A stretch of DNA of 64,000 nucleotides, from the NCBI RefSeq assembly GCF_009914755.1, contig NC_060925.1; one strand, written 5' to 3'. A model generated the notes under the pieces. The model saw only the letters and a program-made list of their open reading frames with translations, was not told the DNA's origin and made no database searches. Shown piece by piece: positions 26,641 through 39,175 of the stretch. Position 1 is the stretch's first letter, and each line of letters begins with the position of its first letter. Position numbers and translations under genes: made by a program. The DNA is from the human T2T-CHM13v2.0 reference genome, Homo sapiens.

Positions 26641-29289
26641 GCAGTAAAATGAGTTCAGAAACTGCAGGAGGTTTTTTTACTTTTTTTTTTTAGATGAAGG
26701 TGGAAGTGGTACCTACTCGATAATTATTAAGCATATAGAGTTTTCGTCGTGCTTTATTTCCCTCATAGTCAGTCATGGGCGAAGTCAAGGTCAAAAAAAC
26801 AAGTCAGGGACGTAAACCCAACCCACAGCTTCGGATTCTCGGTTCAATACTTTATGCAGCTAAATAATGTGAAAATGTGCCTGGATGCTGCCTGATAGAG
26901 GGAAGGTTCCATTTTTAATATGTAAAACTTACCTTTGTATGCACGAAATAAATTATAAGAGCTGTGCCACTTTAATCAATCTGTTTTGCTAGAACTAGGC
27001 TCTATAGCTATTAAAAGACTTCTACTTCCGGAGACTTCCTCATGCCATGCAGCTTAGTCATGCCTCCTTGAGCACATGGAGGCATGAATAAACTTTAAAA
27101 GAGAAAGAGGAATATGCCTTCACTGGTTTTGTAAACACAGCAGCCAATGTGTTTGCCTAAAGGGAGAGATCTGCCACTTTGTACGTTAAGCCTGAGTGAA
27201 TTGCAGGGCTTCTAGACAGATACTCAGGAAATACATCTGCAAAGTTTTAAAATAAAATCATTACCCTATTTCCAGGGCACAAGATATATAGGGCAGCTGG
27301 CTATTTGGAAACAAAGGGTTGAAAGGTTCAAACGGAATGGTTTGTGCCTTTCAGGATCATTTGAGTCCATGGAAGTGGCTTCATACAAAGATCTATTTTT
27401 TAAATGAGGAATCAAAATTAAAGTAATCAAAGTGCTGTGCACGAGGTCAAATGGTTAAGTGGAAGACCTTCAGCTGCAACCCTGGCCTCATGATGACACA
27501 TGCAGTGGGTTTTCTACCCTGCTACTTAACATGTTATGAAAACAGGGGCAGTGATTAAGCATGCTTTCACCCTGCCTTCTGATTGTGCGACTACACCCAA
27601 GAATGATATCTTCACTGTGTGTTTCCCCTCCTTGCTTCCTTCTTTCCACGGAGAAATACATTCTTTATAATTTCAAACTAAACTTTCTATTAATTTACAC
27701 ATGCATTGACTCATTTATTCATCAAACATTTATTATGGATCTATAAGTTAAGCACAGTGACAAAATCTCCAAGGAGGTCATAATTGGGAGATAGAGGAAG
27801 AGAGAAAGATATTAAACATTTAATCATCAGGGAGTATGAACAGTATTTGATTTTTTTTAAAGAACAGGAGAAGCAAGAATGATTAACAATTATTCTTACC
27901 CTTTAAATTGCAGAAAACATACTGCTTAAGATTCTGTTAAGCCCACAGGAAATAACCAGGCTGGCATATTTAGATTCATTTTCAAACTTTGACATAAATG
28001 AAATGAGATGTCCCCCCCAAACACCTGCTGGCCTGCCAAAGTTTGAAACTCTCATAATTTGAGACATTAAATTATTAGACAACAAAAGCAGCAACATTAT
28101 TGAAAATGAGTGAATCCCAGTTAAAATCACATTAATTCACTAGCAGGATTCATTTACTTAGATTAAATTGTTGATAGATCAGACTCTTCAAACATTGATT
28201 ATGAAAAAGGTGACCTCGGTGAGCATTTGGACTGTCAGTAGATTCATCTTAAACACTTTTCTCTAATGTCTTAAAAAGAAGTTCTCAATAGTTTGCTGCA
28301 ATAGAAGCATGACAAAGGATCTTTGAAATAAATCAGGTTTTAGAAACCTGTCCCTCTCAAGAGACAGGAAAAAATGATGTGCTTATCCTTTCCCTCAAAC
28401 TACACAAGCACAAATCACCAATACAATAAACTACTTAAATTTAAAAATCTACTCACTTCCTAAAAACAGGGTAATTAAGTCTCATTTCAATTTTTATACA
28501 AAGAATTTGCTATGGCCTGATATCATAAAACCTTGAAGTTATAAATAAGTTACTATTTACCTGTGAGAGGGACTTTAAAAGTGCACAAGAATTTCAAGTT
28601 CTTTTCAATGCTACTTTCTTCTGATTCTTTCCACTTAAAATGAAGTAAACAAAGAACAATATATAAGCAAAAAGGAAAAGTATTTGTGCTCAATCTAATA
28701 TACTAAATAATACATTTAGTTTTATGGATGACTTCTCTGTTGAATTCAAAATACTATATTTATACTTTTTCTTAAAATCTTGAAAGTTTCTGTTAACTTT
28801 TGTGCATGCCACCTTCTTCAAAGCTTGCTATGTTTTAAAATATCAACCCTTAGATGATAAATAGAATTGAATAACCAAAATAGGAGGATACTTCATACTT
28901 GATTTAAAATTAATCTTTAGTCATTATCATTAAAACTCTTTTCTAGTTCTAAGGAGAAACTTGTTCAAGGCTTCTGATAACCGTATCTCTGAGGAGGAGA
29001 AAATGGTGGCTTCCTTAGAGTGAGAAAATCCACTGGCGCTCATAGGGTCTGGGCCTTATCATGGGGCATCAGACATGGACCAAGAGACACGAATCTAACA
29101 GCACTGAATTGGAGGGTGGATGGAGGGAAGGCCAAGGTTACACCCTTACCTTTTCAATGTCTCTAACTCATTAGATCTTTTTGATCCTGTACTTCTGTGG
29201 CCTTATTCATGTCTGTCTTATCTGATGAACTCATTAGCTTAATTACTGTCTGTACTAGCATTTGCCAGACCTTACTACTATGAAATGAA

Positions 29290-29455
29290 TTTCACAAAGT
29301 TTGACCCAGAAGCTATCTGCATCAGAATCACCTGAAAACTTGTGACAAAGGCAGGTTACCACAGACCTACTGTCTGAAGATGGGTCTGATAACCCTTTAT
29401 TTCAAACCAGCACCCCAAGTGATTTTCTTCCAAGATTAAGTTGGAGAAACACTGA
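29290..29455. mobile_element. MER5-type hAT-Charlie MITE
   Basis: 'ctgcatcagaatcacctg...cagacctactg...caccccaagtgattt...aagttggagaaacactg'. Confidence 0.65.
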
Positions 29456-30261
29456 TTTTACAACATGAGAAATAGTTATTCTAGAAGTTGGTATCAAGCC
29501 TTTGGCTGCAAAATCTGAACCAATACTTTACTGAACTCTCAGCTTATTGATGACATTTCCTATTTCCCTTTTAATGATACAGAAATAGCATAGCTATGGA
29601 AATGATGGGCTTTAGAGTAAGGCAAACCCAAGTTCCATTTTGCCTGTCTTTTCACCCATGGAAGAGATAAATCAATGCCTCCTCAAGTGTTTTGGTTATT
29701 GTCTGTCTTCTACAGGAGATAAAACGCCAAGAAAATAGTGTTCCAGATCAACTTTCTCTGTATCCTCAGCATCTCAGACAGCCAACAGAACATAGTAATT
29801 GCTCAAAAAATACTTGTGAGTTTATTGCAGATGTTAATTTGATAAAATTTGTATATAAAATTGTAATGGGACCTGAAAAGTAAACTTAGCTATTGCTACT
29901 ATTACTACTATTATTATTATTACTTTAAAATATGAGAAGTTTCAAAATAAGATAAATTAGTCATAACAGATATGTAGACTCTGGTTCTCTTCAGAAGAAA
30001 AATAAAGGGAGATTAAATTTTATTTAAGAATGCATATTTCATTTCAGCAAAATAGATTATTCCGATTCAGAGCAGAAATATTTACAGGTAATAGAAATCA
30101 TACAACTGGAATGTAAGTTTACTCAGGTATATGAGTGCTTAGAAAAGTAAAATTAAAGCTTATAAATTTTTCTTTTTATGAATAGCTTAAGGTAGATTTG
30201 GAACTCCCTTGAAAAAAAATCAGAATGGTGGCAACTAGCCTTTGGTTAATGGCTTAGATTT

Positions 30262-30405
30262 ATTTAAGAGATGGTGTCTTTCTCTCTTGCCCAGGCTGGA
30301 GTACAGTGGGACAATCACATCTCAGTACAGCCTTGAACTCATGTGCTCAAGTGATCTTCCCACCTCAGCCTACTGAGTAGCTGGGACTCCAAGTTTGCAC
30401 CACCA
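30262..30405 (-). mobile_element. FRAM / AluJ right monomer
   Basis: 'gcccaggctggagtacagtgg...ctcaagtgatcttcccacctcagcc...gtagctgggact'. Confidence 0.8.
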
Positions 30406-30678
30406 AATCTTTAGATTATTTTTAAAAGGGGAAGAATGTATGTACATCTTCCCATATAAGTAAAGTTGAATTATGAGACTAACTGTGTACCTGTGCTGCC
30501 AGAGATTCTCAAATAGAGCCTAATGGTGTCCTTGGATAAAACTAACGTTACAGCCAAAGTTATGATGAGGCCCATCTAATCTTCTGCCATTTGTTGTCAT
30601 CAACTCACTCATGCACCTCTGCAAATCTCTGTCCAAATATCACCTGATTGGAGAAGCTATTTCTGCTTCCTCACCTTA

Positions 30679-31933
30679 CATGGTGAGTGCAAAAGTAATT
30701 GTGGTTTTTGCAATGTTGAAATTTGCCATTTGATAGTGGAATGCTTTCTTAGACAAACGTGGCTGTGTTACACATCATTTTAAGGGGATTTCTCACTTTA
30801 TGTTTTTTGTTAATGATTATTACTTGCTGTTTATGTTTATTTTAGAATAAGGAAATGATGTTAGACAAAAAGCAAATTTGAACAATTTTCTTATTTAAAA
30901 CTGGTCATAAAGCAGTGGAGACAACTCGCAACAACAACAATGCATTTGGCCCGGGAACTGCTAACAAACGTACAGTGCAGTGGTGGTTCAAGAAGTTTTG
31001 CAAAGGAGAGGAGATCCTTGAAGATGAGGAGCACAGTGGCTGGCCATCGGAAGTTGGCAACAACCAATTGAGAGCAATCATTGACACTGATCCTCTCACT
31101 ATAGAAGTTGCCGAAGAACTCAATGTAGACTCTACATTCAAATGCTGAATGACTCTATGGTCATTCAGCATTTGAAGCAAATTGTAAAGATGAAAAATCT
31201 CAATAAGTGGGGCCTCATAAGATGACTGAAAATTTTAAAAAGTCACTTATTCTACACAACAAGAAGGAACTGTTCCCTGATCAGATTGTGAACATGCAAG
31301 GAAAAGTGAATTTTATATGAAAACCGCCAATGACCAGCTCCGTGGTTGGACTGAGAAGCTTGAAAGCACTTCCCAAAGCCAAACTTCCACCAAAAAAAAA
31401 GGTCATAGTCATTGCTTGGTCTACTACCACTCTGATCAACTACCATTTTCTGAATCACAGTGAAACCATTACTTCTGAGAAGTATGCTCAGCAAATCAAT
31501 GAGATGCACCAAAAACTTCAAAGCCTGCAGCCACATTGGTCAACAGAAAGGGCCCAATACTTCTCCATGGCAATACCCGACTATATGTTGCACAACCAAC
31601 ACTTCAAAAGTTGAACAAATTGGGCTACAAATTTTGCCCTATCCGCCATATTCACCTGACTTCTCACCAACCAACTACCACTTCAACCATCTTGACAACT
31701 TTTGCAGGGAAAATGATCCCACAATCAGTAGGATGCAGAAAATGCTTTAAAAGAGTTTGTTAAATCCCGAAACACAGATTTTTATGCTATAGGAATAAAC
31801 AAACTTATTTCTTATTGGCAAAAAATGTGTTCATTATAATGATTCCTATTTTGATTAATAAAGATCTATTTGAGCCTAGTTATAATGATTTAAACTTCAC
31901 GGTCCAAAACTGCAATTATTTTTGCACCAACCT
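30679..31933 (+). mobile_element. Hsmar1 mariner transposon, essentially full length, transposase pseudogenised
   Basis: TIRs 'gtgcaaaagtaattgtggtttttgc' and 'aaaactgcaattatttttgcaccaacct'. Peptide fragments NNAFGPGTANKRTVQWWFKKFCKG, VNRKGPILLHGN and PPYSPDFSPTNYHF, broken by stops and frameshifts. Confidence 0.93.
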
Positions 31934-32982
31934 CCACTGGTGCAAGTTAAAAAGTAGCGTCAGCTAACTCACTGCTTATTTTTTAACCTCTTATCCTCTT
32001 TATTTCTCTCTGTAACACTGATCACCATTTAAGATGCTGTTACTTTCTATTCACTTATTGTCTCTTCCTCACTCAACATAATATAAGTAGAAGGCCTGGA
32101 TGATGCCCATCTATATTGGATGAGGGCAGACCACAAGCAGAGTGTTGATTTAAGGTTATAAAAATGATAAAATTTGAGCCAAGATAGAGTTAGACTTTGA
32201 GGGGTCAAGACTGGTTTTGGGCAGTGATAGACGTACAGTATAGATGTGACTCTCTCCAGCAGAATGCTAGTAGTACTGAAAGCCATATGAGAAGAATCTG
32301 TTTGAATATCAAAGCCTAAGTCAGCATTTCTCAAAGTGTGTTCTATTAAATACTTTGACAGATTAAGAAGAAAAAAGGAAAGAAAGAAAAGTGAACAAGG
32401 TGGGAAAATAAAATCAGGAACCTTTAAACTACATCTTTTTTTAGGTTTGCATTTAATATTAACACATCATAAACTATGAGAATCCATGGAGCAAAACAAA
32501 ACAAACAAAAAAAAAAACCCTCCTTAACTGAATATCCCTTGTTTCCTAAACTTATTTCATCAAATACTATTTCTTCCTCACATCACATGCTTTAACAATG
32601 AGTTTGAAAGAGGTAATTTTCACAATAATTAAAAATTACAACAATTTTAGCCATGTAGGGAGTGAATTAAACCCCTTGGGTTATTTCCAATGAAAAAGAC
32701 ATACCACCAGTGGCCTTGAAGGAGAAAAAGAAAGAACAGCTTCTCTGTTAGTACCTTAAGCTGTTGTCCCCTACAAACTCAGCTCAGTGAGATGTGACCT
32801 CATCCTGAGAGATTCAGGTCTTTTACTGACTTTATTAAATACTTCTTCTTGCTGAGTCTGAGTTTGAGTTCTGTGTGGGGTGCTGTATTCTCCAACGACC
32901 CGCTCAAATGTATTATTTATTTTGTTCCCTGTGATTTAATGAAAGATTGTGGTTACAATATCCAAACTGAACCCAGATATCC

Positions 32983-35894
32983 TGTATTAGTTAGGGTGTT
33001 CCTGAGAAACAGAGTCAATAGAATATATGTAAATAGATAGACAGATGAGGGGAAATATATTATGGAAATTGGCCTACATGATTACGGAACTGAGAAGTCT
33101 CACCACATGCCATCCACAAGCTTGAGAACTAGGGAAGGTGGAGGCATAGCTCAGTTCAAATCTGAAAGCCTGGGAACCAGAGAAGCTGAGAGTGTAACTC
33201 TGAGTCTGAAGCTGAAGGCCAGAAAATCTGGAGTCCTGGTGTTCAAGGACAGAAGAAGATGGATGTCCTAGCTTTAGAAGAAAGAGAAAGTGAATTTATC
33301 TTTCTTCTGTCTTTGGTTCTACCTGGGTCCTCAAGAATTGGATGGTGCCCTTCCACATTGGGTTAGGGCAGTTTTTTCTTACTCATACCGCTGAATCAAA
33401 TGCCAATCTTTTCCAGAAACAACCTTGCATTAGTTTATTTTCATGCTGCTAATGAAGACATACTCAAGACTGGGTAATTTATAAAGGAAAGAGTTTTAAT
33501 GGACTCACAGTTCCACATGGCTTGGGAGGCCTCACAATGGTGGTGAATGGCTAAGGTAGAGCAAAGCACATCTTACATGGTGGCAGTCAAGAGAGCATGT
33601 GCAGGGGAACTACCCTTTATAAAACCATCAGATCTCATGAGATTTATTCAGTATCATGAAATCAACATGGGAAAAATTCATCCCTATAATTCAATTACCT
33701 CCCAACAGGTCCCTCCCATGATGTGTGGGAACTATTAAAATTCAAGGTGAGATTTGTTTTGGGACACAGAACCAAGCCATATCATTCTGCTGCTGGCCCC
33801 TCCCAAATCTCATATCCTCACATATAAAGATCATTCATACCTTCCAACAGTACCCCAAAGTCTTAGCTCATTTCATCATTAACCCAAAAGTACAACTCCA
33901 AAGTCTCATCTGAGACAAGGAAAATCCCTTCTACCTATGAGCCTATAAAATCAAAAGCAAGTTAGTTACTTCCTAGACACAATGGGGGCGCAGGCATTGG
34001 GTAAATACACCTGTTCCAAATGAGATAAATTGGCCAAAACAAAGGGGTTACGGGCCCTATGCAAGTCTGAAATTCAATGGAGCAGCCTAGTCTTAAAGCT
34101 CTGAAATGATCTCCTTTGACTCCATGTCTCACATCCAGGTCATGCTGATACAAGAGGTAGGCTCCCATGGCCTTGGGCAGTGACACCCTGGAGGCTTTGC
34201 AGCATACACCCCCCTTCCCAGCTGCTTTCATGGGCTGACACTGAGTGCCAGTGGCTTTCCCAGATGCACCGTGCAAACTGTCAGTATATCTACCATTCTG
34301 GCATCTGGAGGACAATGGCCCTCTTCTCACAGCTCCAACAGGCAGTGCCCCAGTGGGAGCTCTGTGTTGGGGCTCTGACCCCACATTTCCTTTCTGCTCT
34401 GCCCTAGCAGAGGTTCTCCATACCCCTGCAGCAGACTTCTGCCTGGACATCCAGGCTATTCTATACATCCTCTGAAATCTTGGCAGAGGTTCCCAAACCT
34501 CAATTATTGACTTCTGTGCACCCGTAGGCTGAGCAACAGGCAGAAGCTGCCAAGGCTTAGGACTTGCACCCTCTGAAACCATGGTCTGAGCTGTACTTTG
34601 GCCACTTTCAGCTACAGCTGGAGCAACTGGGACACCAGGCACCAAGTCCTGAGGCTACACACAGCAGGGGCCGCTGGATCCAACCCAGGAAACCATTTTT
34701 ATCTCCCGGACCTCTGAGCCTATGGTGGGAGAGGCTGCCAGGAAGGTCTCTGACATGCACTGGGGACATTTTCCCCATTGTCTTGGCAATAAATATTAAC
34801 TCGTTAGTTAAGTAAATTTCCGCTGGCTTGAATTTCTCCTCATAAAATGGGGTTTTCTTTTCTCTCACATTGTCAGGCTGCAAATTTTCCAAACTTTTAT
34901 GCTCTGCTTCCCTTTTAAAAATAAATTCCAATTCTAAAGCATATCTTTTTGTGAATACATAAAACCGAATGTTTTTAACAGCACCCAAGTCACATATTGA
35001 ATGCTTTGCTGCTTAGAAATTTCTTCCACCAGATGCCCTAAATCATCTCTCTCAAGTTCAAAGTTCCACAGATCTCTGGGGCAGGGGCAAAATGCTGCCA
35101 GTCTCTTTGCTAAAGTATAACAAGAGTCACCTTTGCTGTAGTTCCCAACAAGTTCCTCATCTCCATCTGAGACCACCTCAGCCTGCACTTTATTGTCCAT
35201 ATCACTAGTATTAGAATTTTGGTGGAAACCATTCAGCAAGTGTCTAGGAAGTTCCAAACTTTCCCACATCTTCCTGTCTTCGTAGTCCTCCAAATCTCTA
35301 GGAACTTCCAGACTTTCCTATATCTTCCTGTCTTCTTCTGAGCCCTCCAAACTGTTTCAATCTCTGCCTGTTACTCAGTTCCAAAGTCACTTGGATCTTT
35401 TGAGTATCTTTATAGCAACAGCCCACAACTGGTTACAAATTTACTGTCTTAGTTCGTTTTCACACTGCTGATAAAGACATACCCAAGACTGGGTAATTTA
35501 TAAAGGAAAGAGGTTTAATAGACTCACAGTTTCACATGATTGGGGGGGGCTCACAATCATGGCAGAAGACGAAGGAAAAACGAAGTCATGTCTTGCATGG
35601 TGCAAGCAAGAGAGCATGTGCATGGCAACTCCCCTTTATAAAACCATCAAATCTCATGAGAATTATTTACTATCACAAGAACAGCACAGGAAAAACCTGT
35701 CCCCATAATTTAATTACCTCCAACCAGGTCCCTCCCATGACATGTGGAGATTATTACAATTTGAGGTCATATTTAGGTGGGGACACAAAGCCAAACCATA
35801 TCGACCCTCATAAATATACCCTGAAATAAGGCTTTGCCAGCTATCTGGATATCCCTTAATCCAGTTGAGTTGATGACTAAAATTAATCATCACA
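32983..35894 (-). mobile_element. MLT2B-like ERVL solo LTR split by THE1 (32983-33425 and 35804-35894)
   Basis: 'tgtattagttaggg...gagaaacaga', 'aatgccaatcttttccagaaac|accctca', ending 'aaaattaatcatcaca'. Confidence 0.8.
33426..35803 (-). mobile_element. Complete THE1C-like MaLR provirus (LTR 33426-33784, internal 33785-35444, LTR 35445-35803)
   Basis: Two homologous LTRs. Internal MaLR ORF remnant (RKMWESLELPRHLLNGF...). TSD AACCT/ACCCT. Confidence 0.92.
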
Positions 35895-36729
35895 TACACA
35901 GTGGTGCCCCTTAAATGATTTTTTTTTTATTTCATTGATATTGAAAACAGGTAACTTTGATTCATATTCAACCCAAAACCTGAGGGAAACCTGGAAAATC
36001 AAACTGCATTCTTTTTCCAATAATTATCTGTCCAAAATTCATTTTGGAAAATATCAAATTTAAATGATCCCTCTTTTGCTAGGTTTTGAAACTGACAAAA
36101 GGAAATTTTAGTATTCTAAAATAGAGCTGAACCTGGGCCAGTAAATCTCTGCTGCATCCCTTCCCAAGTCCTTACCATCAACCTTGAAGATGGGTCTTTG
36201 AAGTCAGCATAGGGATGGAAATGGGCCTTGTTGGAAGCAGTAACAACAAGAGCTCCAGATGTTCTGACAGGTGGCCTCCAGGAAGGTTTCATTATCAGGG
36301 CAATTAATATGGATGTGACCTTCATCCTGAAATGAGCCAAGGAGGCTTTTTGATATTTTCCACATTTCAGGTCTGAGAACCTTTCACAGCAGTCAAGATC
36401 AGATAGAGCAAGCCTATTAAGTCTCTCTGGATTCAAATATATACAGTGTGTTAAGAAGAGAGTAAATTTATCATAAAGGGCCTAAACTATTTTTTCCCTC
36501 TGTAAATGATAAGACTATATCTAGAAGCCTACCTCTACCACACCCTTGTCCACACTCCCCCCACAACACTTTCACAAATTTACAAATATACAAACGTGAA
36601 CACACAGAAGCACATTTTATACTCTAAACTGTGTACTCTGAAATCTGATTTAGTTATATAATACGTGTCACATATTTTTCACTTCACGAGGTTCACATAG
36701 AATAGATTTATCCACTTTAACTTCAAATA

Positions 36730-36995
36730 TCTTACTCATCTTTCAACTTTTAACTTCACTGTTATCCTCTCCAAAAATTTTCTTTTAACTTATCTTTACC
36801 TTAAGTGCCGCCTTCTCTGTATTTCCAAAGCATCCTAAAACTATCTATGTCTTTTGGAACCCTTATTGTATTGCATTGAAATATGATTCAGTATCTTGTG
36901 TCTAAAGATTTCTAACAGGGCAAGGAGCTGGTCTTGTATTCCCAGAACTAGGCACAGAGTCTAAAACATACTATATTCCCAATAATGCTTATATG
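36730..36995 (+). mobile_element. L2 3' end
   Basis: 'agggcaaggagctggtcttgtattcccagaactaggcacagagtct...caataatgctt'. Confidence 0.55.
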
Positions 36996-37043
36996 ATTTA
37001 TCATAACCTGAGTCTTTATACACAGTTAAATAGTAATCTATCA

Positions 37044-37334
37044 GGCTGGGGTGGTGGCCCACGCCTGTAATCCAAGCACTTTGGGAGGTCAAGGTGGGCA
37101 GGTTACCTGAGGTCAGGAGTTCGAGACCAGCCTGGCCAACATGGTGAAACCCCGTCTCTACTAAAAATACAAAAATTAGCCAAGCGTGGTGGCACATGCC
37201 TGTAGTCCCAACTACTCAGGAGGCTGAGGCAGGAGAATTACTTGAACCCAGGAGGTGGACGTTGCAGTGAGCGGAGATCGCACGAATGCACTCCAGCCTG
37301 GGTGACAGAGCAAGACTCTGTCTCAAAAAAAAAA
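37044..37334 (+). mobile_element. AluSx-like, full length
   Basis: TSD TAGTAATCTATCA at 37031-37043 / 37336-37348. Confidence 0.93.
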
Positions 37335-38939
37335 CTAGTAATCTATCAGACAAAACTTTCTAACATCAAGAGAGTACTGGCAAATGAAAATATAGTAAAG
37401 TTATGTACTAATTGTAATTCTGTGTGTATGAGAAAGATCTTTGTTAAAATAACATTTAACTGAAATTTTCATATAGGAGTGGTCATCTAAACAAATGTCC
37501 TTTAAAAATAAAATGTGGCTTTTCATTCTGGGATGAGAAATCTTAAATCCCAAATTTTTACTCTGTGGTATAGAATCTATAATATTTTATTAAGATTGAA
37601 CAATTTAATTTTAGCTTTAATTAAATATTTCTTTGATCAAACATTAAGGACAATAGGGTAAAAAGATAAATTTGATTTCTCACATTATTTTTCATAGCTT
37701 TGAACATAGTATCTCAAGCATGCTTATTTACACCAAATAAATATATTTATAAATGGTTTATACTTGACTTGCCACCTTTTAGCATCATTTATTCCTCTTC
37801 ACTTGAAACAACTACTCTGGTTTTCCTTTGTTGAAATAATTACACTCAAAGAAGGACACTCCTATTGTGAAATGAGATTGTAGGATCATGACAGCTGTCA
37901 TCTGGATTATGAAATTCCCCAAAAGTACTTTTGTTTTCCATTATTGTCACACTGTAAACACGTATTTCACTCTAGCCCCCAGAAGGACTGATTGAACTGT
38001 CATAAGATTAGAAATGTTTAAATACATAACTGAGGCTATATTTTTTAACAACACACACTATTTCAGGTTAATCTAAGTAATACTTCCCAAAAGCATAACA
38101 TCTAATACTGCATCTGGAATTTCTCACAATTCTCTGAAGTATTCACTCTCAGAGACAACTTAGCATAATAGACAAACTTTGCCAACTTAATACCTATTTC
38201 GTCTGCAAAATCATTAATAAATATAGCATATAAACCATCTGCATCTCTACTCCACTGTTGTTAAATAGCTTGAGGCTGATTTTACATTGCAAAGTTGTTT
38301 CAATTGCCCTTCATACTGTTGTTAACTATTTCGTTAAGTGCAGGCAGTTTCATCTTTAAATCCTTTGTTCATCATAAGAGTATGACTCATCTTCCTCCTT
38401 AAGGGAACAATACTTCACTGTGGAAACAAACTTTTACTTCCATGATCATGGTGAAAACAGCTATCATAAACTATTCAAGGTTACACACCAGGAAACTAAC
38501 TGCATGATTCCATTCTCCTTTCTAGGCACCGAAAAAGGTATTCAAAGAAGCAATTTATTCATGAGAGCAGGAAATTGGTTCTTGCTATAATCTTTCCAAT
38601 TTATTGCTGAAGTGGGTAATTCTGCAATAATTAAGCTCATCCCTTATTATTCTCAATGTGACATGATTTTGCACCCTATTGTTATTCGATTTATAACCTT
38701 TGCCTTTCAGCTACAAGTGAGCATTAACCACATTTTATGAATAATCTCTCCTTCTGGAGAAAAATAAACATAAAATCAAAGGACATGCTGCAATAAGGAT
38801 ACTTTACGCAGTAACCAGAAATGATACCTACCAAGATGGTGACTACGGGTTAAAAATAAACTATCAGAATATGTTTTTAAAAAACCATCAATAACAACAA
38901 AAAAAAACAAGCATCTGTCTCATCTCCTTTGTTTTTTTA

Positions 38940-39175
38940 GAATAGTGTGTTTAAGAAGAGTAAAACATAAAATCAAAGGCCTAAGTTTGAATATTCCATC
39001 TCCCTCATTGGTTATGTGACTTTTGGAAAACTCAGCTAACCCTTAAATTTGGCCTCTTTATCTATAATGTGGATGATAATGACTGTCCTGTTTACTTCAG
39101 CAGGCCATTATAAGACTGAAATCAGGCAAAATATATGAAGAAAAATTTTAAGATGTAGACCACAATACAAAAGTG
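38940..39175 (+). mobile_element. MIR-family SINE
   Basis: 'cctaagtttgaat...ggttatgtgacttttggaaaactca...tttatctataatgtggatgataat'. Confidence 0.6.

Noticed and set aside
28561-28635. Further minus-strand exon candidate (ERIRESSIEKNLKFLCTFKVPLT)
   Set aside because: Weak AAG acceptor and GTAAAT donor, no recognisable homology, and it lies past the stop of the assembled ORF.
30915-31763. SETMAR gene or active transposase
   Set aside because: Both TIRs are present, there is no SET-domain exon, and there are multiple frameshifts: a dead Hsmar1 copy.
33962-34645. 227-aa ORF, the longest in the window
   Set aside because: Lies wholly within THE1 internal sequence, where such frames are common.
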